NCBI GenBank assembly: GCA_973851085.1
Contig: OZ316775.1
Span: forward strand, 10,416,001 to 10,480,000
DNA: 64,000 bases
Source of the DNA: Ptychomitrium polyphyllum
Lineage: Eukaryota
Reading direction: 5' to 3'
The notes beneath the pieces were generated by a model. The model was not told the DNA's origin and made no database searches. It worked only from the letters and a program-made list of their open reading frames with translations. The stretch's first letter is position 1. Each line of letters opens with the position of its first letter. Below, piece by piece: positions 1 through 12,489 of the stretch. Both the position numbers and the translations under genes were made by a program.

Positions 1-131
1 CCACAAGTTATAAGGGATTTGAAGTGATACGCTTTTGTTGATGTCATTTCGAAGGTGTTTGTGGTGTTTTTGAAATGATGTTGCTCCTTTTCTGTATATC
101 TAACACTCTCAAAGTGGTGTTGCATTGGCAG

Positions 132-1270
132 GAGGAGATCCGGTTCATGATCAATCCCGAGCTTGCAGCCGGAATGGTCTTCCTGCCCGGAATGGCTGGA
201 AATGAATCGATAGAAATAGTAGGTGCAGAGAGGTTCAGCTGTTACACAGGCTATGCGTCAAGTTTTCGCTTCACATGCGACTTCCGTGATTCTTTGCTTA
301 GAGACATCTGGGGACGGAGACAAACTCACATTATTGCAATTGATGCACTTTCCCATCCAGGTGATGATCAGTTTAGTCTCACTTGCACGTACCGGGAGTT
401 GAACAAGGCTTATTGTGGGTTCCTGGAGACTGGCACCTTGAAGAGTAATCCTGGAGCTTTGAGTTCAAGCAGCCAAGTAGGGGGAGTTTGTAATTCGCAG
501 ACCAACGGCTTCTCCATGGAGTTAGAAACGCCCCAAATTGTTGATGTTCGTGATGAATGTCAAGAGTTAAGCTCTAACAATGCAGCATTGGATATGTCAC
601 TTGATGATCCACCAGGTACAAGTGAACAAGTTCAAGGTAAAGTCCTTGGCATTGCAACAGGAAATTGGGGCTGTGGTGTATTCGGAGGCAACCTGGAACT
701 TAAAAGCATGTTGCAATGGTTAGCAGCCTCCCAAGCAAGGCGTCCGTATGTTCTTTATTTCTCTTTCCAGAACCCTGCTGCCCAACGTTTACAGGTACTT
801 GAGTTTCCAATGACATGAGCTGTTGGATCATCGTTGTAAAACTTTCTGATCATAGTTTCTTCAACCAGCAGCTTCTGACTGGTTTTATGAGTATCGCTTT
901 ACTTTTTTTTGTGAAGGCATAAGTAACTTTTTTGGAAGTAGGTTTGTTTATGGTATGGATTATTTGCTTCGTTAGGGAGTTCACCAGTCACCTCGTCACC
1001 TGATCCATAGGTTCCTTGAAATTGTAGGAGGTCGTTGATTGGATTCTCCAGGAAGGATGGCTTGTTGGGGAATTATGGAATCTGATCTCTGAATATGGGC
1101 AAAAGAAGCACTTTAGAATCAATCTTTTCGACTGGATAATACCTCTTTCCGAGACTGAACTCGAGATTCTTCACCCTTTGCATCTTGATAGATGCAATCA
1201 GCAAAAGTCGGTTACTGGCTTTGTCCTCCCCAAGAGAGTGGCTGCAAGTACCTTTCGTACTTTGAAATAA
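132..1270 (+). CDS. PARG: Poly(ADP-ribose) glycohydrolase, last two coding exons (132-794, 1028-1270); 5' part lies outside the window
   Basis: Exon opens CAG|GAGGAGATC = EEIRFMINPEL (PARG catalytic QEEI motif split by the upstream intron) and contains IIAIDAL, RELNKAYCGF, IATGNWGCGVFGG. GT..AG intron 795-1027; last exon EVVDWILQEGWLVGELWNLISEY... ends at TAA 1268-1270. Confidence 0.93.
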
Positions 1271-2330
1271 GAACTGATGAGAACATGTGTTAAATACAAT
1301 ACCTTGACCCAAGTTTTGTGTTCCGTCTCCCAACCCACTGTTCTCCTGATGCTTCTCACTCGCAAAGCTGGTCCACTACTCACCAATTTTTTGTTTACAA
1401 CACGGCTTGATGCCAATGCACTAAATTCAACATGTAATAAACTTACGCTTTATTATAAAAACATTTGATACAGCCTATTTTTGCTAACAGAAAGGTGAAG
1501 TTGCATAAGAAACAATATCACTTAAATATGCAAGTAATTTCAAAACAAACCAGTAGTTTAGTAACAAAATCTATCACTAGTCTTTTATAATTATTTTTTA
1601 AACTATTGTGAAAATTCGATGGTCTCTAATCGAATCTTTAATAAATTAACTATAACCTATCTATGAAAAGGATATTCTTTGATCTTGTTATTTTCTATCT
1701 AAAGTTTCTTCACTTCTATTATGTGGTTCTGCAATATTCCATCCAAATCTTTCTTCAAATTTGTTTTCTAGTGAACTGAATGTATTTGTACTTGTATCTT
1801 GGTATCATCCACTATTATCTTCATTTCTATTTTGTGGCCTTACAATTTTTTATCTAGACTTTTTTCAACTCTTGTTATTGCTTCTTCCATATCATGAGTC
1901 ATCATCTGTTCTTTTTTGTTTGTTATGCCATTGTTTGTTTTGGATGTAACTATGATGTGAGTAGTGAGCGGTGAACCATAAGATGTAAATACTGAGCATT
2001 GAGACATGAATAGTGAGCATTGAGATGGAAGTCTTTAATTGTAATACATTAAAACAACTACATTTTCCAAATTGTGCTTACAAAATTTAGAGAATATGGA
2101 CTATTAGCAAGAGAATATGTCATGGGAAGAAAAAATGAAGATGGCAAAAGAAAAAGACCTAAAATCCGTGAACACATTTTTATTATAGACAAAGTTTTTG
2201 GCAAAGACAATTATAAATTGGAGCTCATGCCTACAAGGATGCTTAAATCTTATATTTGATTGCAAAGAAAGAAACAACAAAAGGTAGAAGGCAATGGGAA
2301 GAATTTTAGAGCACCACAACATTGAATTCC

Positions 2331-5100
2331 TTAGCTTGTGCAATACTGCAAAAAATTCAAGTACTGTATCATTTCAGAAAAGTTGAAAGTAAGGCTATGC
2401 ACGAAAGAATGAGTGGCATGCTTTAACTTGCTATAATACCTCAAGACATAATAGAGGTGCTTATATGGGATCCACTTGCTAAACCTTCCTAGAATTGCCA
2501 TTTTCATCTTCTTGAATTTATGACAAGTACAAGCCGGATAAGCGCTAAGTATAACAAGGTAAGTTTTTTCAGAGTTAGAAACAAGGGTGATAATAGCACC
2601 ATATCCTAAATGAAGGATGGCCATAACACTTGTAATATAGCAACCATTTATGAAGGTAGCTCTCTTCCACTTATTCCGATGGTTTAGAATGGAGCTCTTA
2701 TTTGTGCAATAAACCTTCTTATCGTGTTCTTGTGTTAAGTGTGCCATGGAAGCTTCAAGAATGCAAAATTCAAATTTAGAGATGGGTAGGCTAGGAATAG
2801 ACCTAAAAATTTGATGCAGTGACATGACATTGCATTGCTACAATTAAAAGCTAGTGTCTTCTAAAAAAAATACTTCCTCCCAATTAAAGTTGGTCCCAAG
2901 TTTACTAATCATGTAATGGGAAAAAATAAGCAATAGAATTTCCAAATTTGGTCCCTTGAATGCAGCACTAGATATTTGTCAAGATAGAAACAAAATTTGG
3001 TCTTTACTTTCTTTTTTGAATGATAATCAAACTTACAATAAAAAAAGATGGAACAAAAAGTATTATAAGAGTCCTTACTTAAGATGGTACTTCAAGGCTT
3101 TCTAATAGTAACTTGTAGTACTTGGCATGCCATGCTGGTAATCTTAAGAAGCCTAGCAATGTGCTACTTTGGTGCATTGTAATCCATTTCATAGACAGCA
3201 ATGATGTGAGTAATTTTATATAGAAGATTCTAAAGGCATTCTTCAATTTGTACCTTTGTTGACCTTATGGTTTGATAAGAGATGGAATAACTTATAGTTT
3301 CAGGCCTATAGAAGTCAAATTCCAAACCAAAGGCCATGCTCAACTTTTGCTTTGTTGTGCCATAAACCTTAGCGCCCTGTAAAGGAACTAGATGAACTAA
3401 GAGACGGCCACCATTGGTTATGGATTCCTTAGCCTCCTAGAGGACTTAAAAATCTCTAAATTGTGCAATGGCTTTTAATTTGAAGAAAGCACAATTTGGG
3501 CGTTTTTCAAAGAGACCACCTTTCATCCAACTTTGGTAGGTGGTGACTTGGATGAAGGCTTATATCATGTCATCTAGAGTAGCTTGGTAGATATAAGTCA
3601 TTATGTTTCCAAATTACATGAGCCACTTCTGGTGTGCAGTCTTTACAAGGTTATGAAAGGACATCTCAGCCCTCTATTTAATAATAAAATCTTATGAAAA
3701 TTTAGAATTGAAGTTAGTAAAGAGGAGATGGTAAAGAAGGTTAATTTGACATACTTTGTGTGAAGTGGAACTTACAAGAATTATATGGCTACTCCACTGC
3801 CTATAGCAAAAATGCCAAAAGCTGAATTACTTAAAAAAGGCAGCCATTCTTTTTTATATAGCGTGGTACTTGATATTAGCCTCATTTTAGATGCTTGTAT
3901 CCTTATAAATTTTGCAAAGGTTCTTAAATTGGAATTATAATGAAAGAATGATGTACATTTGGAAATATTTATTTAAATTTTTGCCTAACAATAGAGACAA
4001 GTTTGTTCTTTGCTTTCTATGGAAACAATGGAATTTTTATACTATAGATCTAAAAAATGGCAATTCAATTTGCCTAAGCGCTATTTGCAATGAAACCTTG
4101 AAAATTGACCTAATGAACTTTGTAAAATGGCATAATTAAATTAAGATTCTTCCAAAAGTATCTTTGAGCACTGACATCTTCAGATTGCATATTGCAACAT
4201 TTAATAGTGAGAACCTTGCAATATTTGTTGTTGTAGATGTGGCATGCCATGGTGGTCCAATCCTTTACACATTTAACATAATCAAATATTATTTAAGAAT
4301 CTTCCATATCCTCTCTAATTTGCATGCAGCTCACAAGGTCTACATTGCTACTTACGAGGTTGAAAGACGTTCTTAAAGATGAACACTTTATCGTTGCTCT
4401 AGCCTAAAAACTTGTTGTTGTGAACAAACTGGAAGTTGTTCTTGGCTTTGAAAGCCATAATGCTGTCAATGGATTCCATAGTAGGCTTGAAAATTTGCTT
4501 AGAATCTACTACAATGTTTCTGCAATTGGAAGAGGCAAGAATAGAAATCTTGTCCATAATTGTTTCTACACTTTGCTTCTATTTGGGAATTGACATTATG
4601 AAGAAGAGTCATGTAGAAATTATTTGCTGGTTTGCATCTAAATGAAAAAGTTTGTGGCAATAGAAATCTTGCAGACCTTTGTTGCCACATATTGGTAGGT
4701 GAAGTCTAAAGACTTACAATAGACACCAATCTTAATAGAGTAGTTGTGGTTGCCAATATGCACAAAGGCTTGCGGTGGATCAAGAACCTTTTGAGTAGGC
4801 ACAAAATAAGCAATAGCAAGACAAAGTGTTAGGCAATTTAGAGCGGTATAATAGAACTTATATTTTAAAGTGGAAGGTTTGGAAAGTGAAGTATAAACAA
4901 TGGACGCCGTAGAAGTCATGCCTACTCGTTTGGTATAATTTCAAACATTAAGATTCCAAACAAGGTAGTCACAATTGTCATTTGGGCGTTGGTAGTGGCC
5001 AATGCATGAAGAGCAACACAAGATGAGGTTATAATCATTTTGGATCTTGCTAGTGTAAATCTTGAGCCAAGCAGGGGATGTAAGATAAAGATGATGTAGC
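2331..5100 (-). mobile_element. Fossil Mutator-like (MULE) transposase with C-terminal SWIM zinc finger; many stops and frameshifts; 5' boundary approximate
   Basis: Manual minus-strand translation gives IFDYVKCVKDWTTMACHIYNNKYCKVLTI (~4290-4203), VNFQGFIANSA*AN*IA (~4109-4059), EQTCLYC*, FWHFCYRQW, NLVKTAHQKW (~3653-3625). ORF 2331-2825 has YPACTCHKF...WIPYKHLYY (SWIM CxC...CxH with C>Y). Order and spacing fit MULE D-D-CxxH-E followed by SWIM. Confidence 0.72.
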
Positions 5101-6439
5101 CATCATAAACTTGAGATTGTTGTTAAACCTCCTCAACCTCAATGGAATTAAAATTCAAGCTTTCAAGACTCAATTTTGAAGAACATCAAGTGCAAGTGGT
5201 TTTTAAAATTGCTAATAAACTAAATGAAGAATGCTGCAAAATAGGAATTTTAATAGGTAAGTCTACGGATAATGTACTCGCATAAATTGAAGAGACAATA
5301 AGATTACTAAGAGTTGGAAGTTTAAGTTTGAACAACTATGTACATGTTCTTGCAAGGTCCACAACATCAATGATATTGTCATTAGAATTGCTCAAAAGTA
5401 TAACAACCTCCTAACCATGCTTAATCTTAACCACTATCTTAGCAGTGAAGTGCCTTGCTAATGTGATAGTAGTGGGAGTGAGGGTGGAGCCGTGAATAGA
5501 ACGTTGTTGTGGTAAGAGTAATTGTTATAGGAAACGCGGGTCTTTTCTTGCATATAATTAATTAAGTATAATTTTTTATTTCATAATAGATACCACAACT
5601 TCCAACTACTTATTAGCTTCTTTTTTTCATCTTTGATTTATACTTGCCAACTCTTATTTTCTCCCATCTTAAGAAATAACCTCAGTCTTTATCAATAATT
5701 TTTATTTAAAAAATAAATAAAATCCAAATTACATATTTCATATATCTTATAGCTGAAAGGTCCAATGCTCTTAAGATTTTAATAACATAAGCACAAGACT
5801 CTTTAAATGCACCTTTCAAAATCTCTTATTTATGGTTTAAGTGATTATTAAGAACCATGTCTTCAAAAGTTTCACACTTTTGCCATTGTTCCAGAGCTTC
5901 CCTTCTTATTTCATAGTTCTATAACTTCTTTTCTACAATGAAACTAGACTTTAAACTTTATTTACATACGCTCTATCTTACAGTAAATATTTCACCAAAA
6001 TTTCAACTTTAAAAGTCCTTCCAATTATCTCCAATGGTTCAAAACATGTAGTTCCAAACTCTTCTATGTACTATTCAGAAATCCCGGTTGCATTTTTCCT
6101 TATATTTCTTATTATAAAAATTTGTTCCCATTGAAATTTCTACATCTTTATTTTAAAGTAGCCAAAATATTATCTTATAAATTTCAATACTAAAAATTAT
6201 TTCTACAAAAAGTTACAAGCATTCAAAGTAGCTGCTCTCAAAATTTAAGGCAGTTGACTCAACATTATTCAAACTAGAATCACTGTCATAAAATAATTTT
6301 AAAAGAAGCATATTATGGCTTTTTGAAAAGTTCATAAAAGATGAAAAAAATCCAATAAAAATCAATTCAAATTAAGAAGTATACAATGAGATATCACCCA
6401 AAGAAAGGCTGCCTTTTTATTTAAGTGGGAGAGGCCGTG

Positions 6440-7579
6440 TGTTGCGCACCTCTCCTTCAGGAGTACCCACAACACTAAAAGCATAAGGAGAATCCCGGAT
6501 TGACATCCGGACTTGTGGTGCTGATAGTGAAGTGGCCCAAGTAGGCCTAGCGTGGGAAGAATCCCAAGGAGGAGAAACATCCTTGCCCATGTAGACTGAG
6601 GATCACAAGGGAGAAAATTTAGGGATTAGAAGACTCACAACGAATTGATTTTAAAATGCCAAAGATTGCTCAAATCAGACAAGGAAACTAAAAGATATGG
6701 CATCTCAAAGTTGGAGCTGCCAAGAGGCTGTTCTAGATTGTAACAGCCCAAGACAGTGATTGTATTGGACTGGGACAATGCAAGGAGGGACTCCCCAGGA
6801 GTCCCGAATATCTTCCAGAATACTAAGTCAAATTGGACGTTTGAGGAGTCTATCGGCATCTACGCAAAGAATAGATGACGATAGAGTGGTTGCTTGATAG
6901 ATTCAAACATCAAACGTGGAAAATATGGCTCTCTAAAGGTCCGCAGGAAGTTCCAAAGGCTTCTAGCGGCTAAGTCCCAAGGGAGATCGTATGGTCTTCC
7001 AAAGTTTTTGGTATGTCGGGGTTTAGCCAGCTACAGAGGGCCTGCCGAATCCCACAGAGAGTACTATAGGCGAGGACTGGTCCCTTCTCCACTTCCCTAG
7101 TGTCTCAGTAGGAACCAAGGGTGAGCCCCGGTTGGTGGAGCTAGTGTTGGGACTTCACCACAGGAACTCCCACACCATTGTGAGTTGATGAATGACCGAT
7201 TTCACGAAAGGAACTAATGAGATCAAAAGGGTATGCTTGTTATCGCTAAGTTGAGGTGGTGTCTACACGCCAACACTATGGTGACCCAGGATGATCTTAA
7301 GATCACATGGGAATCATATGTGGTGGTGAGGAGACACCACTAAGTGCAGTTAGGTCATGTAGAATGGAAGTAATACCAAGTGAGGCCTTGAACATGAATG
7401 GAAGTCTGCACCTAACCATTGGCTACCAATCAATTGGGTGTCGTAAGTGAAATCGTAGGGGAAATTGGAAACCAAGCCTGGGACTTAGGAGTGAAAATAG
7501 AGATTAACTAGGTGCATGTGGAAGTGTACAGGGTTGACGCACTTGATGTTTGTTAAGGTGCATTACAAGGGTTGTGACA
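6440..7579 (+). mobile_element. LTR copy 1 (~1140 bp), opposite orientation to copies 2-4; either a 3' LTR that kept its PPT or a solo LTR with a decayed TSD
   Basis: Begins TGTTGCGCACC, ends GGTTGTGACA, and is the reverse complement of copies 2-4. Preceded by a purine tract AAGTGGGAGAGG (6423-6434). Flanking 5-mers CCGTG and CCAAG match at only 3 of 5 positions. Confidence 0.88.
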
Positions 7580-8057
7580 CCAAGAGTGAAGAAAATGGCA
7601 ATGGTCAAACCGCCACATTTGGCCCTTATCACTCCACATCAGCTTTATTTCTTCACATCAGCTCTTATTCTCCTTTCTCAAATCCTTATCTAATCATATT
7701 TTCAAATAGAAAACAATTCAAATCTTTTTTTTCTACTTTTCTTTCTTTTCTTTCTTTTAGTTTAAACTTCTAGGTTTAAACTACAAAAGAAGACAAAACC
7801 AACCTTCAAAAATCTAAAATAGGAACTAAAAAACTAAAATTTTAAAAAAAAAATAGAAAAAAAAAAATGAAGTTTAACAATAAACAAGTTAAGAATAATA
7901 TCATCTTCAAGGTAGGATCAAATATCAAGTCATGAACTTGGTTGACTGGATAAGTTCTAGCTATTCAACTGATTCAAGTTCGATTCTTGCCCGATTTGTT
8001 GAATGTAACGGCAGCACTTAATTTAATACTACTAGCAAGAATGGCAGGTAGGAAAAT

Positions 8058-9147
8058 TGTTGCAACCCTCGTAATGCACCTTAACAAACGTTACGTGCGT
8101 CAACCCTATACACCCCCACATACACATGGTTAACCTCCATTTTCACTCTCCAAGTTCCAACCTTGGTTTCCAATTTCCTTTACCATTTCTCTTAGGACAC
8201 CCAATTGATTAGTAGCCAATGGTTAGATGCGGGCTTCCATTCATGTCCAAGGCCTCACTTGGTGTTACTCCCATTCCACACTGCCTCACCGCACTTAGTG
8301 GTATCTCCTCACCACCACTCATGATCTCCATGTGATCCTAAGATCACCCCAAGCCATCATGGTGCCGACGTGAAGACACCACCCCAACTTAGTAGTAACA
8401 AGCGTGCCCTCTTGATATCACTAGTTCCCTTTGTGAAACCGATCGTCCACCGGATCACAATGGTGTGGGAGTCTCCAAGGTGAAGCCCCAACACTAGCTC
8501 CACTAACCAGGACTCATCCTTGGTTCTTACCAGGAGACTAGGGGATTGGGGAAGGAGACTAGCCCTCCTTTATAGTACTTTCTATGGGTTTCGGCAGGCT
8601 CCTTAGCCCTCTATAGCTGGCTGAACCCCGACACATCTAAAGTTTTGGAAGACCACCCGATCTCCCTTGGAACTTAGCCGCTGGAAGCCTCCGGAATTCC
8701 CAACGGACCTTCAGGGAGTCATATCTTCTTTTTTTGGTGCCCAAATGTATCAAGCAACCACTCTATTGTCATTTACTCTTTGCGTAGATGTCGATAGACT
8801 CCTCAAACATCCGATTTGAGTTAGTACTCTGGGAGATATGCTTCTCCTAAGGTTTGGGACTCCCGGGGAGTCCCTCTCTGGATTGTCCCAGTCCAGTACA
8901 GTCACTGTGTAGGGCTGCCACAGTCCAGAATAACCCCTTGGCAATCCCAACTTTGGGATGCTATAACTTTTAGCTCCCTTATCTGATTTGAGCAATCTTT
9001 AGCATTTTAAAATCATCTCTTTGTAGTTCCTCCAATGCCCATGATTTATCCCTTGTGGCCCTCGGTCTACATGGGCAAGGATGTTTCTCCCCCTAGGAGT
9101 CCTTTCCACGCTAGGTCCACTCGGTTCCTTTTAAGAGATGCGCGACA
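8058..9147 (-). mobile_element. Solo LTR copy 2 with perfect TSD AAAAT
   Basis: TG...CA termini (TGTTGCAACC...GCGCGACA); AAAAT at 8053-8057 and 9148-9152; lacks ~70 bp near the right end relative to copy 3. Strand inferred from TATAAA on the minus strand and the PPT-like tract at copy 1. Confidence 0.92.
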
Positions 9148-11057
9148 AAAATACTGTAGTCAACTAGCCTATTCACCCTGAGCTAAATCGAGATGCGATT
9201 TCACCTTTAAGACAAATAAAATTGTGATTTCACCACAACTTTTTTTAATCCAATTATTTCTTTTTTCTAATACCTTTTTTTAAATACAATAGTTTAAATT
9301 CCACAAAATAACAAATAGTCATTAAGTTTTAAATTGTATATATAGTATAATACAATATAATAGGAATCCAAATATTCTATACATTCCAATCAAGAGCGTC
9401 CAGAGCTTTCCAGAATAATTATCTAAAAATTGATATAAAATGGTCTCTATTACCTCTCCAATTGCAAAGCAAAATTCTTGCTTTATATATATAATTCCAA
9501 CATTAAACTTAAAACTAGCATTGAATAATCATTCTTGTAGTAGGCGTTACCGTTGTCACCCAAGGACAAAGGAAATGGAATATAAAATCATAGACAAGAA
9601 GAATAGCTATAATAAAGGCAACGCAAAGTGATTGGATATAGTAGAGTGGGTAGTTGTGCAAAACAAGTATAATGTTTAGACAAAAAATTTGAGTACAACC
9701 TTGGAAGTTTATAAGAGAAGATGGTTTTTAAACTCTTTCATTTGCAAATCAAATTTTTTGTAGAATTAATGATAAAAGCGACGGCGGAAGGAAACTTAAA
9801 CAACTTAAATATGGTTGAAGATCTAAATTAGACAAAGATGAACAATTATGTACATAGTAGAAATGATAGTTACAAAGAAAAAATTCATGAGGCTAATTAA
9901 TATTACATGTGGAGTTGGAGTGAGGAAAACCAAGAAGCAATGAAATGAGAAGGGTGTAAAATAGTGGAAATAGAATAGTAGGCGGTTAAAAGATATAAAA
10001 CTAGTGGAAAGAAGAAGCGGCTGTTATGTAGAATATATATGAGTTCACCATGTGGAAGAGACTAGTAAATTGTCACGGAGGAGTTTGATAAACCATTCGA
10101 AGCTTTAAAGTGGCCGCCAGTAAGCAAAATAGATTTGAAGATTAAAGTTTAAGAAATGACATGTGAAGAAAAGCTATTGTCAAGTACTATAATTAAGACG
10201 GTCAACAATGGCAAAAAATTTAGCCTTTGTAAGTCCATGTTATAATAGCACAAAAAAGGATTATGATAAAAAGATGGAATGATGGTATTTGATCCATGTA
10301 TAAAGTGAAGAATTGATTAGATATTCAAATGTTGGGGTATAATGGAATAGCATTGTAGGCTCAAGGAAATAAATCTAGAACAAGAAGATGAAGGCATGCC
10401 TTTCATTTCTCAAGCAGGAGGCAATTGGTAAAATCAACAATGATAAAAATAATATTTAAATAGGAAAGTTCTATACATATGATACAAATAGGATACTTTC
10501 ATTTAAGTGCACAGATGTTGATGATGCCGCTTGCATTTTAAGGGCAATAGCAAAAGAACCGAATATCATCCGCAATTTAACAATAAAAGTAGATATATAC
10601 ATAAATAACAAGGACAAACATAAAATAGAAGGCACGGCAAGGTTGCATGATCTAGACAAGTGCAACAATGATAAAGAGGTGAATATTAGCTAAAATATAA
10701 CTGCAATTAATTTATGACTCAAAGAAAATGGATTTAAGTAAGGAGATTTATAGATGGTTTTATATTGATATGATTTGGACTTGAAAAAATGTAATGAAGT
10801 TAAAATAAACCATTTCAGCATCTAAAGCAATATTGAAATATAACTCTTAAGAATTTAATATCTACTAGCATTGGAAAAGTATTTCTATATAGATTTGCAA
10901 TTGAGAGCTCAAAACACATATGGCTAGGACAAAGATATAATTGAATGTGAAAATTGTAACTAAGATGTACATTTGTACTCAAAAATTTAATAGTTCAACT
11001 TCATAAAATTTGGAGAAGCGTTTGCAAAGAGCTTTGTGTAAATTTCATGGGGCTACT

Positions 11058-12202
11058 TGTCGCAACCCTTGTAATGCACCTTAGCAAGCGTCACGCGCGT
11101 CAATCTTGTACACCTCCACATGCACATGGTTAAACCCCATTCTCACTTTCCAAGTCTTTCTACCATTTTCTTTAGGACACCCAATTGATTGATAGCCAAT
11201 GGTTAGGTGCGGACTTCCATTCATGTCCAAGGCCTCACTTGGTGTTACTCCCATTCCACACGGCCTAACTGCACTTAGTGGTGTCTCCTCACCACCACTC
11301 ATGATCCTCATGTGATCCTAAAATCATTCCGGGCCATCATGGTGCCGACGTGAAGACACCACCCCAACTTAGTAGTAACAAGCGTACCCTTTTAAACGTG
11401 CTAATTCCCTTTGTGAAACCGACCGTTCACCGGCTCACAATAGTGTGGAAGTCCCCGTGGTGAAGCTCCAACACTAGCTCTACCAACCGGGACTCACCCT
11501 TGGTCTCTACCGGGACACTAGGGGAGTGGAAAGGGAGACCAGCCCTCCCTTTATAGTACTCTCTGTGGGATTCGGCAGGCCCCTTGGCCCTCTATAGCTG
11601 GCTGAACCCCGACACACCTAAAGTTTTGGAAGACCACCCGATCTCCCTTGGAACTTAGTCGCTGGAAGCCTCCGGGACTCCCAACGGACCTTCAGGGCGC
11701 CATATCTTCTTTATTCGGTGCCCAAATGTATCAAGCAACCACTCTATTGTCATTTACTCTTTACGTAAATGCCGATAGACTCCTCAACGTCCGATTTGAG
11801 TTAGTACTCTGGGAGATATGCTTTTCCCAAGGTTTAGGATTCCCGGGGAGTCCCTCCCTGGACTGTCCCAATCCAGTACAGTCACTGTGTAGGGCTGCTA
11901 CAGTCCAGAACAGCCCCTTGGCAACCCCAACTTTGGGATGCTATAACTTTTAGCTCCCTTATCTGATTTGAGCAATCTTTAGCATTTTAAAATCATCTCT
12001 TTGTAGTTCCTCCAATGCCCATGATTTATCCCTTGTGGCCCTCGGTCTACATGGACAAGGATGTTTCTCCCCCTAGGAGTCCTTCCCACGCTAGATCCAC
12101 TCGGTTCCTTTTACTATCGGCGCTACAAGTCCCGTACGTCACTCCCGGATCCCCCTTGTGCCTTTAGTGTTGCGGGCACTCCTTAAGGAGAGGTGCGCAA
12201 CA
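11058..12202 (-). mobile_element. Solo LTR copy 3 with perfect TSD CTACT
   Basis: TGTCGCAACC...GGTGCGCAACA; CTACT at 11053-11057 and 12203-12207; long near-identical stretches shared with copy 2; no internal retroelement coding sequence. Confidence 0.94.
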
Positions 12203-12489
12203 CTACTATAAATAGGCCATTTAAGGAATATAAGCACTATATTTGCATTTTGTCGTGGTGATGGAACTAAACAAGGCTATGTGCCAAATGTAATCTAATA
12301 GCTTTACTTGGAATGTGTAAGAAGAGGGTTTACTGCCAAATCCTCTTTTTTCCAAAGTTTTTTATATTTCTTCTATATTAATTTTTATCATATAAAACCA
12401 CAAAATATAGGAGATGCCTTTGATCAAATCCAATCTTAAGTCAAAGGACTCAACAAATCTAAAGTGTCTAACTAATTTATTGGATGCTA

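Noticed and set aside
6362..11953. Short ORFs inside the LTR copies (e.g. 6635-6859, 8750-8995, 11648-11953)
   Set aside because: Not conserved as open frames between copies; no gag, RT or integrase motifs.
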